Shown here in pieces: positions 1 through 9,478 of a stretch of DNA of 64,000 bases. The DNA comes from an uncultured bacterium (GTDB taxonomy: Bacteria; JAGOEH01): the NCBI GenBank assembly GCA_964632485.1, contig CAZWDO010000003.1, positions 120,690 through 184,689 of the forward strand, in the 5' to 3' direction. Numbering within the stretch: position 1 is the first letter of the stretch; every line of letters starts with the position of its first letter. The notes beneath the pieces were generated by a model that was given only the letters and a program-made list of their open reading frames with translations, had not been told where the DNA came from and searched no databases. A program made the translations under genes and the position numbers.

Positions 1-1040
1 TAGGCCACTACCCGCCAATAATAGCGTTTATTTTCACCCAGGGGAGCTGTTGGCTGAAACGAGGATTGAGTCAATCCTGATGCCAGCAGTGAATCGGGCC
101 AGATAATGTTTCCCGCATATAGGTCATAGGTTAATTCATCGCCGTCCGGATCAGCGCAGGCCCATTGAAAACCGGTATGAATACTCACCAGGCTGTCTCC
201 GTTGGCTGGGAGCGGGTCACGAGGCATTTCCGGTGGAAAACTCCATCGGACCGTGTCCACCGCTTCCACTTCTCGGCCATAAATGGTAAAAACCGGAAGG
301 GTTGTATCCATTTCCAACAATTGAGCGATTTCATTCAAATCCAAATTTTGGGAGGGCGTCAGGCGGCGGACAATCCATCGCTCGGGCGCGATCCAGACGG
401 TATCGGTAAGGCTAAAAATTGGTAAAGCCGCCAGGGGGCTGACGTACCCTATTGACGAGGTGAGTACAAACCGTTTGCAAGTGAATGAACCAATTTCGAC
501 TTCCACTGTTTGATCATTGAGGCGCCGTCCTTTGGTTTCGAAACGTAGAGGTATTTCAAGCGAATCGAGGGTCAGGGTTGTATCCCAACTGAAGATTGAA
601 TAACCGGGGCTAATGACGGGGTAATCGAAATCGTAAATTTTATACCAACCGGCTCGATTTTCAAGCGGTAGAACGATGCCTAACGAGTCAAGCCATGAAG
701 TTGTCATTAATTTTTTCATGGGATTGAGATATAACCAGGCATCCATATTATCAAAGGCGACAAACCCGCTATCATAAATTGCATTCTCTGCCGTTCCGTA
801 CCGGGTTAATACAAGACTGGCAGTCCGGCCGTTATAGGGGAGATTCGTTTGAACTAATGAGTCAATGCTGTAAGCGGCCAAATCGGATTGGGGCTGGTTC
901 ATACTATCCAGAGGTGTTGTGGCGTAGTACCAGTGAAAGCCGGCATTTGGAGGAAACCAGGATTGGGCGTTTTGAGCATGGCTGATAGTTAGATAGAAAC
1001 ACAGAACAACGGAAAACAACACGTAGATAATTTGTTTCAT
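1..1040 (-). CDS. Secreted hypothetical protein, C-terminal part cut by window edge
   Basis: Reverse strand shows AAAAGGAGA then ATG (complement of 1038-1040), then a signal-like N-terminus (MKQIIYVLFSVVLCFYLTISHAQ). The frame stays open to position 1. It is absent from the ORF track because it has no in-window stop. Confidence 0.5.
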   Translation of the reverse strand, partial: MKQIIYVLFSVVLCFYLTISHAQNAQSWFPPNAGFHWYYATTPLDSMNQPQSDLAAYSIDSLVQTNLPYNGRTASLVLTRYGTAENAIYDSGFVAFDNMDAWLYLNPMKKLMTTSWLDSLGIVLPLENRAGWYKIYDFDYPVISPGYSIFSWDTTLTLDSLEIPLRFETKGRRLNDQTVEVEIGSFTCKRFVLTSSIGYVSPLAALPIFSLTDTVWIAPERWIVRRLTPSQNLDLNEIAQLLEMDTTLPVFTIYGREVEAVDTVRWSFPPEMPRDPLPANGDSLVSIHTGFQWACADPDGDELTYDLYAGNIIWPDSLLASGLTQSSFQPTAPLGENKRYYWRVVA

Positions 1041-1107
1041 GGGGGTCTCCTTTTAGAATATCTGGAATGGTTTATGTTGCATTCTCAACACGAAACGTCC
1101 TTGTAAG

Positions 1108-4100
1108 TTAAAGCGATTCGACCCTATTGCGGCCATTGGCTTTAGCCCGGTACATCGCCATGTCGGCGCGCTGCATAAAACTCTCAAAACTGTCGTCAGT
1201 TTGGAATGTGGTGATGCCGATACTAACGGTTGCAAAGACTTCCATGCCGTCGCCAATGTCAATTGCTTTATCAGCAACTGCCCGTTGGATGCGCTCAGCT
1301 ACGAATAGGGCTTCATCCGGGGGAGTTTCGACTAATAGTAACGTAAATTCTTCTCCGCCCCAACGGGCTACCGAATCGGTATCCCGAATTTGGCGAAGAA
1401 AAATATCAGCAATTCGTTTGAGTAGCAAATCACCTGCTTTGTGTCCATATCGGTCGTTTACCGCTTTAAAATGGTCCAGATCGATCATCATGATACTTAG
1501 AAGCTTTTCGTAACGTTTGGCGCGTTTGATCTCCTGTTCAACAAGCTGGTAAAACCGGCGGCGATTAAAAAGGTGAGTTAGTTCGTCATAACTCGCTAAA
1601 TTATTAACTTTTTGAAACAAAATGGCGTTATCCAGAGCGATTGCCGCTTGGGCGCACAGTGTTTTCGCCAATTCCAAATCGGTTTGGCTGAAAGCGTTCT
1701 CCCGGGGAGAAGATAACAGAGCCATCCCCTCCAGTCGATTGCGATTTACCAGTGGTAGGTAGATCACATTGGGCAGCAAATCGATTGATCGGCCGGGAAA
1801 GATTTCAAAATTTTGTTTGATTACTGCTTCGGCACCCAGCGCAGACATTACATCGGTGAGCCAACGGCGCAATTCATCGCGGGATAGTGTTTCATTACCA
1901 TGTGAAACGGCGGCCCAGTCTTCACCCTGTTGGTATAATGCCACTCCAATTTCAAAAGGAATCATCGTCTGTATGCGGTCAAGTAAATAATTTAAGATTT
2001 GCTCTGCATCAAGTGTTGAATTTAAAACCAAAGCAATTTGGTGCAATATTTCGGTCAATTCACGTCGTTGACGCTCGGTCTTCAATATTTCCGCTTGTTG
2101 GATAGCATGTTCAACCGCCTGTTTGAGAGTGACAAGCGTACGGATACGCGCTATCAATTCCTGCGGTTCAAAGGGTTTAATAACATAATCATTGGCGCCG
2201 ACGCTGAACCCCTGCAGTAATTCTGCGGTACGGTTCAACGCAGTCAGCATAAGTACCGGCAACTCATAAAAGGTATATTTTTTACGGATTTCACGGCATA
2301 CGTCAAACCCTGACAGACCTGGCATCATAATGTCAAGCAGGACTAAATCGAAGGGAGGCGAGTGAATTATTTTTTCCAGCGCCTGGTCGCCATTTTCAGC
2401 GGTGTCAATGCTCATGTTTTCCATTCGCAGATAATTGAGAAGAACTTGAATATTGATGGGCTCATCATCCACTACCAGCATGCGAAGGTGATGATCCTGA
2501 ATTAAAGGCGACTGCCATGACGAAGGAGGTTGATTGGGTAGGGCTTGCTCGTCATCAGAACTCCCTGGGGTAAAAGAAGCCGTTATTCCAGGCTCCCTAT
2601 GCCCACTAAGCTCTGCATTGAGCTCTTCCAGCAAATCCGCTTGACGGCCAGCTACGATATCGGATTCAGTAGCGGATGTACGAAGATAGGGAAGAAAAAC
2701 TGAAAATTGGGAGCCTTCATCTATTTTGGATTGAACAGAAATTTGACCGTGATGTAATTGAACCAGGTCATGGCTAATAGCCAATCCCAGCCCCGTACCT
2801 CCATACTGTCGGCCGATGGAACCATCCCCCTGTTCAAAAGGTTTAAAAATAATCTTCATTTTTTCCGAACTTATTCCGATTCCGGTATCACTGACTACAA
2901 CTGTTACGCCTTTTTTTTCTATGAAACCTTTAAAAACAATGCGGCCTTTATGAGTAAATTTAATAGCATTGCCCACTAAATTTTGAAAAATTTGTTGCAA
3001 TCGGTCGGGGTCACCCATAATAGAAGGGAAATCAACAGGAATTTGATTTTCGATCATTACGTTTTTTTTCTCCACTAAGGATTGATTGAGGGCAATTAAA
3101 TTTTCAACTAATTCAAAAAGATTAACAGGTTGGAACTGGAGGGCGAGCTCTTTTTTCCGGAGGCGCGAAAAGTCAAGAATATCGTTGACAAGATTCAACA
3201 ACCGCTTGCCGCTTTGAACGATCAAATCCAAATTTTTTTTATGGATTTGATCATACTCGCCAGAGATCCCGTCACGCAATGATTGAGCCAGACCGATAAT
3301 TCCGTTTAAAGGTGTTTTCAGCTCATGGGTTGTATTGGCTAAAAACTGGTCCTTTAATTCATTCAGATCCTTTAGATTTTCAATCAGCATTCGGTTTTTC
3401 TTAATTTCACGGCGGTGGTGTTGGTCGCGATATTTAATAATTCCGGCGATGCCGCCGATAAATACGAACAGGTAAAAAAAATAGGCCCATTTACTGGCCC
3501 ACGGCGGTGGATTGATTGAAAAATTTAAAATTAATGGTTTTTCATGGCATTGACCATCGCTATCATATCCCCTGACCTGCAAGGTATAGTTTCCAGATGG
3601 GAGATTGTTGAAACTCAGTTCATGACTTTGACGAAGATCGGTCCAGCCGTCGGTGATATCATGGATTTCGTACATGAAATAATGTTTTTCAGGTCGAAAA
3701 AAATCGAGTAAGGCGAATTTTAACCATAACGAGCGGTCTCGCCAGGATAATTCCAGTTTTGCTTGAGTGGTAAGCCAAATTGGATTTATGGGCTCGTCAT
3801 TAAGGCGACAGCCTGTGAGAGTAACGGGCACCGATTTTTTGCCTGGGACCAGGTCTGAGGAGTAAAAGGCGGTAATTCCATTGATCCCGCCAAAGAACAA
3901 TCGATCATCCGCATCACGGAAATAGGCGCCTGCATTGAATTCGTTGCTTTGCAGTCCATCCCAGGCATCATAATTGCGAATTTTCAGGGTTTCCCTGTCA
4001 ATACAGCTTAGTCCCTGGGTTGAGCTGTACCACAGTTGACCCAGTGTATCGAAGAGTAAGGCATAACCGCTGTTGGATATTAATCCATCGGATTCGCTAA

Positions 4101-5862
4101 TGGTCCTGCACCGCAATGTTTCAGGGTACTCTTCTTCATTGAGAATTAAATTGATCCCACCGCCGTAAGTCGCCACCCATAGCCTTCCCTGCCGGTCCTC
4201 TTCAAGAGCCATGATATAATTATGGGATAGACCGGATGTATTCCCGGTTTGATGTAAATATCTGATGAAGTCATTCGTCTGTGGACGGTATAGGTTCAGT
4301 CCCTCTGAAGTACCGACCCACAATCTTTTCCGGCTGTCTTCGTATAAATGAGTAATATGGTTATCTGTGAGGGAATGAATATTTTCCTGGGAATGGAAAT
4401 AATAATCAAAATCGTCAGTAACGGATTGAAATCGATTTAACCCTTGGTTTGTTCCAAACCAGAGGGAACTATCCGATCGCTGTAACATAGTCCACACAAC
4501 GCCGTTACTCAGTGTTCGCGGCGTATCCTCATCAGGAAAGTAATAGAGAATGCGTCCGGATTGGCGGTTAATCCGGGATAACCCATAATCACTTCCTATC
4601 CATATCGATTGATCGTAATCATGGAGAATAGACCAGACTCGATTGTCTAATATCCGATGAGAAGGGGGAGCATCAGCCGAAAAGTGTTCATAGAGTTCAC
4701 CTGCTGTGGAGATTCGGTATGCGCCGCTATTCGTACCGACCCACAAATCGTCGTCTGGATCGCGTTGAATAGACCAGACCATATTATTTTCAAAACATCG
4801 GTAAAGAGAGAATTTTTTGGCAGGATTGAGTTTACACACGCCTGAACCGTATGTGCCAACCCAAATCAGTCCGGAATGATCCCGGAATACTGAGCGAATG
4901 CTGTTGTCGCTGAGGCTGAACGGATCGGCAGGTTGATGCTGGAATAATTGCCAGGTATTGCTATTCAGGTTATAATATCCCAATCCGTTCCAAGTGGCGA
5001 TCCAGAGAGCGCTGTCGCCATCAGTGGAAAAATCGTAGATGCGGGCATCCTCTAAATCGTTTGCCATCTCTTTCTGTAGCGGCGCCATTATCTGGCCCGA
5101 AGATAAATCGAGATAATGCAATCCTCCCCGGAAACAGCCGATCCATAAACGGTTCCCCAGTATCGTCAGAGAATAGATTGTGTAGGAGGGTAACCCGGGA
5201 AGTTCACGATTCCCGGGGGAAATGTTTTTAAACTGGCGGGTTTGTCGGTCGAAATAAATCAAACCATTTCCATTTGATCCTAACCATAAATTCCCAGTTG
5301 AATCCCCGGTAATCGCTAAAATTCGATCAGAGCCAATCGAACTATTTTGAGTCGTAAAATGGCCGAACCTGTTTTTTAGCGGATCATAATAATTTAATCC
5401 TCCTTGGTCTGTTCCCAACCATAGAATACCATCCAGGTCGCAATATATCGCGTGGATAAAACCATCGGTTAGTGAGTTTGTATCAACAGAATTCGGTAAA
5501 AACTGAACAAATGAATCTGCCTGGGCAACGTAGCGATTTAATCCTTTTTCCGTTCCAATCCATAGCTGTTGCTGATGATCCAGCGCCAATGATCGTATGC
5601 GTGAGTCAGAAATTGATTTGTTTTGATTGGGTTGATAGCGATAAACTATGAAACTGTATCCATCATAACGGTTTAAACCGTCCGCAGTAGCCAGCCAGAT
5701 ATAACCGGTTGAATCTTGGTTTATCGCATAAATACTATTCTGAGAGAGCCCTTGACGAAAATCTATATTTTGAAAAATATAATGGTTCTGCTGGGGATAA
5801 CTGGTATTGGATATATATAACATCAACCAAAGGAAGCCGACAAAAAATTTAGTGTAACTCAT
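1108..5862 (-). CDS. Hybrid sensor histidine kinase / response regulator / diguanylate cyclase (signal peptide, periplasmic two-component-regulator beta-propeller repeats, Y_Y_Y, TM, HisKA, HATPase_c, REC, GAF, GGDEF)
   Basis: 1584-aa ORF. The N-terminus looks like a signal peptide. It has many WxGTxxGL propeller repeats and a single TM (WAYFFYLFVFIGGIAGII). Kinase motifs are the H-box LANTTHELKTPLN and the HATPase G-boxes DTGIGI and GGTGLGLAI. The REC domain contains LVVDDEPINIQVL...DLVLLDIMMPGLSG. A GAF-like stretch follows. The C-terminal GGDEF domain has the intact GGEEF motif (RWGGEEFTLLL). Confidence 0.9.
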   Translation of the reverse strand: MSYTKFFVGFLWLMLYISNTSYPQQNHYIFQNIDFRQGLSQNSIYAINQDSTGYIWLATADGLNRYDGYSFIVYRYQPNQNKSISDSRIRSLALDHQQQLWIGTEKGLNRYVAQADSFVQFLPNSVDTNSLTDGFIHAIYCDLDGILWLGTDQGGLNYYDPLKNRFGHFTTQNSSIGSDRILAITGDSTGNLWLGSNGNGLIYFDRQTRQFKNISPGNRELPGLPSYTIYSLTILGNRLWIGCFRGGLHYLDLSSGQIMAPLQKEMANDLEDARIYDFSTDGDSALWIATWNGLGYYNLNSNTWQLFQHQPADPFSLSDNSIRSVFRDHSGLIWVGTYGSGVCKLNPAKKFSLYRCFENNMVWSIQRDPDDDLWVGTNSGAYRISTAGELYEHFSADAPPSHRILDNRVWSILHDYDQSIWIGSDYGLSRINRQSGRILYYFPDEDTPRTLSNGVVWTMLQRSDSSLWFGTNQGLNRFQSVTDDFDYYFHSQENIHSLTDNHITHLYEDSRKRLWVGTSEGLNLYRPQTNDFIRYLHQTGNTSGLSHNYIMALEEDRQGRLWVATYGGGINLILNEEEYPETLRCRTISESDGLISNSGYALLFDTLGQLWYSSTQGLSCIDRETLKIRNYDAWDGLQSNEFNAGAYFRDADDRLFFGGINGITAFYSSDLVPGKKSVPVTLTGCRLNDEPINPIWLTTQAKLELSWRDRSLWLKFALLDFFRPEKHYFMYEIHDITDGWTDLRQSHELSFNNLPSGNYTLQVRGYDSDGQCHEKPLILNFSINPPPWASKWAYFFYLFVFIGGIAGIIKYRDQHHRREIKKNRMLIENLKDLNELKDQFLANTTHELKTPLNGIIGLAQSLRDGISGEYDQIHKKNLDLIVQSGKRLLNLVNDILDFSRLRKKELALQFQPVNLFELVENLIALNQSLVEKKNVMIENQIPVDFPSIMGDPDRLQQIFQNLVGNAIKFTHKGRIVFKGFIEKKGVTVVVSDTGIGISSEKMKIIFKPFEQGDGSIGRQYGGTGLGLAISHDLVQLHHGQISVQSKIDEGSQFSVFLPYLRTSATESDIVAGRQADLLEELNAELSGHREPGITASFTPGSSDDEQALPNQPPSSWQSPLIQDHHLRMLVVDDEPINIQVLLNYLRMENMSIDTAENGDQALEKIIHSPPFDLVLLDIMMPGLSGFDVCREIRKKYTFYELPVLMLTALNRTAELLQGFSVGANDYVIKPFEPQELIARIRTLVTLKQAVEHAIQQAEILKTERQRRELTEILHQIALVLNSTLDAEQILNYLLDRIQTMIPFEIGVALYQQGEDWAAVSHGNETLSRDELRRWLTDVMSALGAEAVIKQNFEIFPGRSIDLLPNVIYLPLVNRNRLEGMALLSSPRENAFSQTDLELAKTLCAQAAIALDNAILFQKVNNLASYDELTHLFNRRRFYQLVEQEIKRAKRYEKLLSIMMIDLDHFKAVNDRYGHKAGDLLLKRIADIFLRQIRDTDSVARWGGEEFTLLLVETPPDEALFVAERIQRAVADKAIDIGDGMEVFATVSIGITTFQTDDSFESFMQRADMAMYRAKANGRNRVESL

Positions 5863-6106
5863 ATCTTGTTTTGCGGCTTTGAGTATTGATGAGTTAAGGC
5901 TAACTCTTTTATTTTTATTCTCAGCAAAAAATCCGTCCAGCGTTCATATTTGATGTAATAAACTATGCTTTTAGCATTGGTCCTTTTGATTGGAAAAAGC
6001 GATCAATCTGATAAATTTGACCCGTGGCTGAATGTCACTTGCCCTCGGGGGGTTTGAAGATATATTATGACGCCAGCCATTGCGGTTATGCGTCCTAATT
6101 ATCCCC

Positions 6107-6505
6107 TCACCCTGCCCTCTCCCCCAAGGGAGCGAGGGTAAATGCCTCCTCAATGACACGTTTTAATTCCTCGATGGCGATTGGTTTGTCGAACCAAGCG
6201 ATTGGGTTGATTGTTTTTGCTCGTTCTTTTAAATCCTGATTTGGAAAACCCGTCATAAAAACAATAGGGATGCGATGTCTGAGACTAATTTTCCTGGCCG
6301 CCTCAATTCCATCCATTTTCCCTGAAAGTTGAATATCCATTAAAGCTAATTGGAATTCTTCTTTTTCAATGAGTTGGACAGCCTCTTCTCCACTGGCGAC
6401 TATATCGCATTGATAATAACCCTGATGGGTCAGCTCCATACGTAACCCCATAGCGATAAATGCCTCGTCTTCCACTACCAGAATTTTTTTTAATTGATTT
6501 GACAT
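6107..6505 (-). CDS. Single-domain response regulator (CheY-like REC only)
   Basis: REC motifs KKILVVEDE, LMDIQLSGKMDG and IVFMTG. The start is moved to the internal Met (MSNQLKK) at 6505, which sits 10 nt after the upstream kinase stop. The ORF-track start at 6568 would overlap that kinase by 53 nt. Confidence 0.75.
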   Translation of the reverse strand: MSNQLKKILVVEDEAFIAMGLRMELTHQGYYQCDIVASGEEAVQLIEKEEFQLALMDIQLSGKMDGIEAARKISLRHRIPIVFMTGFPNQDLKERAKTINPIAWFDKPIAIEELKRVIEEAFTLAPLGERAG

Positions 6506-6515
6506 GGCGTGCCTT

Positions 6516-8099
6516 TCAAGGTTTATTTTCAAAGCGACAGATACAGCTAATTCCTGGTATATTCTCAAAAGTGACGGCGCCGTTTAATTGATGCTCGATC
6601 AAGGCGAACACGGTTTGAATTCCGAGAGATTGGATACTGCGAAAATCGAAATCAGTAGGTACTCCTACGCCATTATCAGTAATTTTCAATTCCAGTATGT
6701 TTTCGTCTAATTGGGAAAAACAGACAATAATTCGTCCGCTATCCCGGCCAGTAAATGCATGTTTGTAAGCATTTGTAATGAGTTCATTGATCACAATGCC
6801 GCAGGGAATCGCCTTGTCGATGGTAATGGCAATAGGTTTTGCCTCGATTTCAATTTGAATTTCCCGCCGATTGATGCCGAATGTTTGTTCGAGCAATTGA
6901 ACTAAGTCAGTTATATAATCAGCCATTTGAATATGGGAGAGATCCTGGGATTGGTACAGCTTTTTATGTACTAATGCCATGGCTTCAATTTTTAAACCAA
7001 CTTCGTCGCATATTCGCTTGACCTCGGAATTTGTAGAGTAGGAAGCTTGCAAGCCCAACATAGAGCGTATGACCTGCATATTGTTTTTAGTGCGATGATA
7101 TAATTCACGGATCAACACTTCTTTGTCGCGTAAGGCGGTTTTAAGAGCGTTTTCAAATGTGCGGCGCTCGGTTACGTCAATGACGAATCCGATCATTTCA
7201 TTTTCCGTCAGCCGTACCGCATGAACAGACCAGTATCGGATGGCGCCATCCTTGCGCACATAACGGAATTCGCCCACCGCTTTGCCGGTTGTGATTGTTT
7301 CTTTAAAATGCGCGCGCGCGGATTCGCGATCACTTTCGTAAATCAGGTCATCGAGATTGGTTTGCAACAGTTCCTGCCGGGAGTATCCCGTTATAATGCT
7401 GGCGGCAGTGTTAATATTGCTATAGCGGCCATCCGGGTTAGCCACAAATATTCCATAAGGGGCATTATCTATATAGTTTCGGAATCGTTTTTCATTTACT
7501 TCCAATAGTTGTATATTATCCTTGCGGACTAACTGCTGGATCATAAGCTTTCCCAGTAACATTGTCCCGAGTGGATAAAGCAGCATGACCGGAAGCGTAA
7601 TTCCCCGAATGACGTTTAAATTTGTGGGAAACGGCAGAATCAGCATCCAGAGAACCATAATCAGATGAACTAACAGTCCCATTTGGTAAAGTTCTCCTGC
7701 TGATAATTGGGACAATTGGGGGCGGCGGAAATAGCGCCACATCATTCCGATACCGGCAGAAGTCAGGATTACGCCCGCGCCGGGCCAGGCTCCGGCTCCT
7801 CCCTGGTGGAAGCGAAATAGCAAGCTAATCACGGCGGCAATTGCAGTCGGCGCGATTCCAATATACAATCCGCTTATGGATAAAAGAATAGAACGTGTAT
7901 CAAAAATAATGCCGGGAAGGAACCGCCAGGGATTGAGCATGATAATTATGCATATTCCACCTAAAATGACACCCATAGAAATTCGTACTATCCAAGCTCT
8001 CATCCGAAATTTTTCCGCAATAATATCATATAAAAAAACCAATGCGATCAACATGGCTGTATTATTGATTAAGGTAATAAACGATTCCGTATTCATCAA
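6516..8099 (-). CDS. Sensor histidine kinase: N-terminal multi-TM 5TMR-LYT-like sensor, PAS domain, HisKA_2-type (HRTKNN) dimerisation domain and HATPase
   Basis: Five to six hydrophobic helices fill the first 180 aa. The PAS-like region reads NAPYGIFVANPDG...GFVIDVTERR. The H-box LYHRTKNNMQVI is characteristic of the HisKA_2/HWE class. The ATP-lid region reads IVINELITNAYKHAF. Confidence 0.85.
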   Translation of the reverse strand: MMNTESFITLINNTAMLIALVFLYDIIAEKFRMRAWIVRISMGVILGGICIIIMLNPWRFLPGIIFDTRSILLSISGLYIGIAPTAIAAVISLLFRFHQGGAGAWPGAGVILTSAGIGMMWRYFRRPQLSQLSAGELYQMGLLVHLIMVLWMLILPFPTNLNVIRGITLPVMLLYPLGTMLLGKLMIQQLVRKDNIQLLEVNEKRFRNYIDNAPYGIFVANPDGRYSNINTAASIITGYSRQELLQTNLDDLIYESDRESARAHFKETITTGKAVGEFRYVRKDGAIRYWSVHAVRLTENEMIGFVIDVTERRTFENALKTALRDKEVLIRELYHRTKNNMQVIRSMLGLQASYSTNSEVKRICDEVGLKIEAMALVHKKLYQSQDLSHIQMADYITDLVQLLEQTFGINRREIQIEIEAKPIAITIDKAIPCGIVINELITNAYKHAFTGRDSGRIIVCFSQLDENILELKITDNGVGVPTDFDFRSIQSLGIQTVFALIEHQLNGAVTFENIPGISCICRFENKP

Positions 8100-8470
8100 T
8101 CTCCTCCAGACACAGTTATTGTTTATAAATCCTGTGGGTTAGCTGCTTATCAGAAATGCCGTATCAATTCTGGTTGATTTTCATTCAAATTGATAAACAT
8201 TTTAATTAGCCCCGCCCCATAAACCAATTTTTCGCTGCATTCGCCACCTGCCCTATTACCGGTTTTGATTTGGAATCATGGGGAAGAATGGTAACTCGCT
8301 CCTAATCGGTGAATGGGAAAGTAACCGGGAAAAATCCTAATTTTACATTATTAAAATACGTTAAAATTGGGTGTAAGTCAAGTTTTTTTTCAAAGAAGAG
8401 AAAAAAAGCGTTCTGGATGTTTAAAGCCAGTAAATGAGGGATTACCCCCAATCAACTTGCCAAATTTAGG

Positions 8471-8499
8471 TTGACTTTTCAGCTTAAGAATTGTATTAT
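8471..8499 (+). promoter_or_regulatory. Putative sigma70 promoter TTGACT-N17-TATTAT driving the TolB-like/amidase operon
   Basis: The -35 hexamer is at 8471-8476, the spacer is 17 nt, and the -10 TATTAT is at 8494-8499. The AAAGGAGA RBS lies about 10 nt downstream, 7 nt before the ATG at 8521. Confidence 0.45.
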
Positions 8500-8520
8500 G
8501 TATTTAAAAGGAGAAAATTT

Positions 8521-9471
8521 ATGAATCAACCGTTCAAATTAGCAGGCTTTATCATGTTTTTTTTAGCCATATCCGCATCAGCTTGGGCGAAGATAGTTAC
8601 AGAAACCCCAATCTGTATTTTAGAGATGGATGAGCATCCCTGGTCCAATCCGAGTTGGTCGCCTGATCAGCGATACATTGCGGTTACACGGCGTGATTAC
8701 CAGGGATTGTGGGTCTTTAATTATCAGAGCGGGGAATTGCGGTTAATCAACAGTGAGCCGGGCGGGGGATACGGATATTCATGGTCGCCGGACAGCCGCC
8801 AGATTTTAGCGCGCGTGAGTCGTTATGACGGAGTTCGTCGATTGCAGTCTGTTAAACTGATCGCCATTGAGGAGTCGCAAAGGGAATGGCAACTAACGGA
8901 ATATCTTCCGCATCTTCGGACTCTACCGTTCTGGGCGCCCGCCACCCAATCTGTGTATTTATACCAGAGTGAGCGATTCCAACTGATATATGGAGAAAAT
9001 CCGGTAACGAAAACTACTTTATGCCAGACGTCAGGCCAAAATCTACTTTTGGCGCGCTCAGTTGAACAACAACCCTCTCAATTAGCTCCTTTTCCTGATC
9101 AGGAGTACCTTAATCTGTGTCTATCGCCAAACGGCGCGGATATTGCTTTTGAAGTGTATGGCGGGAATTTGCATATAATGTCCTTGGACGGCGCGATGCT
9201 GATCGATGTGGGTCCGGGTAATCGTCCGCGCTGGTCACCCGACGGTAACTGGCTGGTTTATATGGTTACACGCGATGATGGACATCAATTTATGGAAAGC
9301 GACCTTTATTGCAGCTCCCGGGATGGAAAAATCCATTTCGCTCTGACGGAGACCGCTGACTATATGGAAATGAATCCGGATTGGTCTCCGGATGGACGCT
9401 ATATTGTCTTTGACGATTACCTTAATGGTTCCGTCTATTTGCTGCCACTAACCTATACCGATAGTAAATGA
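8521..9471 (+). CDS. Periplasmic TolB-like beta-propeller (PD40/WD40-like repeat) protein
   Basis: The RBS AAAGGAGA is 7 nt upstream of the ATG at 8521 (internal Met of the track ORF). It has a signal peptide (MNQPFKLAGFIMFFLAISASAWA). It carries four WSPD repeats: WSPDQRYIAV, WSPDSRQILA, WSPDGNWLVY and WSPDGRYIVF. Confidence 0.8.
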   Translation: MNQPFKLAGFIMFFLAISASAWAKIVTETPICILEMDEHPWSNPSWSPDQRYIAVTRRDYQGLWVFNYQSGELRLINSEPGGGYGYSWSPDSRQILARVSRYDGVRRLQSVKLIAIEESQREWQLTEYLPHLRTLPFWAPATQSVYLYQSERFQLIYGENPVTKTTLCQTSGQNLLLARSVEQQPSQLAPFPDQEYLNLCLSPNGADIAFEVYGGNLHIMSLDGAMLIDVGPGNRPRWSPDGNWLVYMVTRDDGHQFMESDLYCSSRDGKIHFALTETADYMEMNPDWSPDGRYIVFDDYLNGSVYLLPLTYTDSK

Positions 9472-9478
9472 GGTTTAT

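Noticed and set aside
165-985. Short plus-strand ORFs (165..425, 779..985) at the window start
   Set aside because: They lie inside and opposite to a longer, signal-peptide-bearing minus-strand frame that runs off the window edge. They have no RBS and their composition is typical of antisense frames.
5971-6159. 62-aa minus-strand ORF rich in Gly/Arg plus G-rich hairpin-like sequence around 6100-6150
   Set aside because: It overlaps the 3' end of the REC gene. The G-rich stretch is explained by the coding sequence (LAPLGERAG), and it has no RBS.
6506-6568. Longer starts proposed by the ORF track for several genes (6568, 8491, 24756, 33623, 43614, 56137)
   Set aside because: In each case an internal Met with a good RBS gives a signal peptide or a conserved N-terminus immediately. 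It also removes the overlap with the upstream gene.
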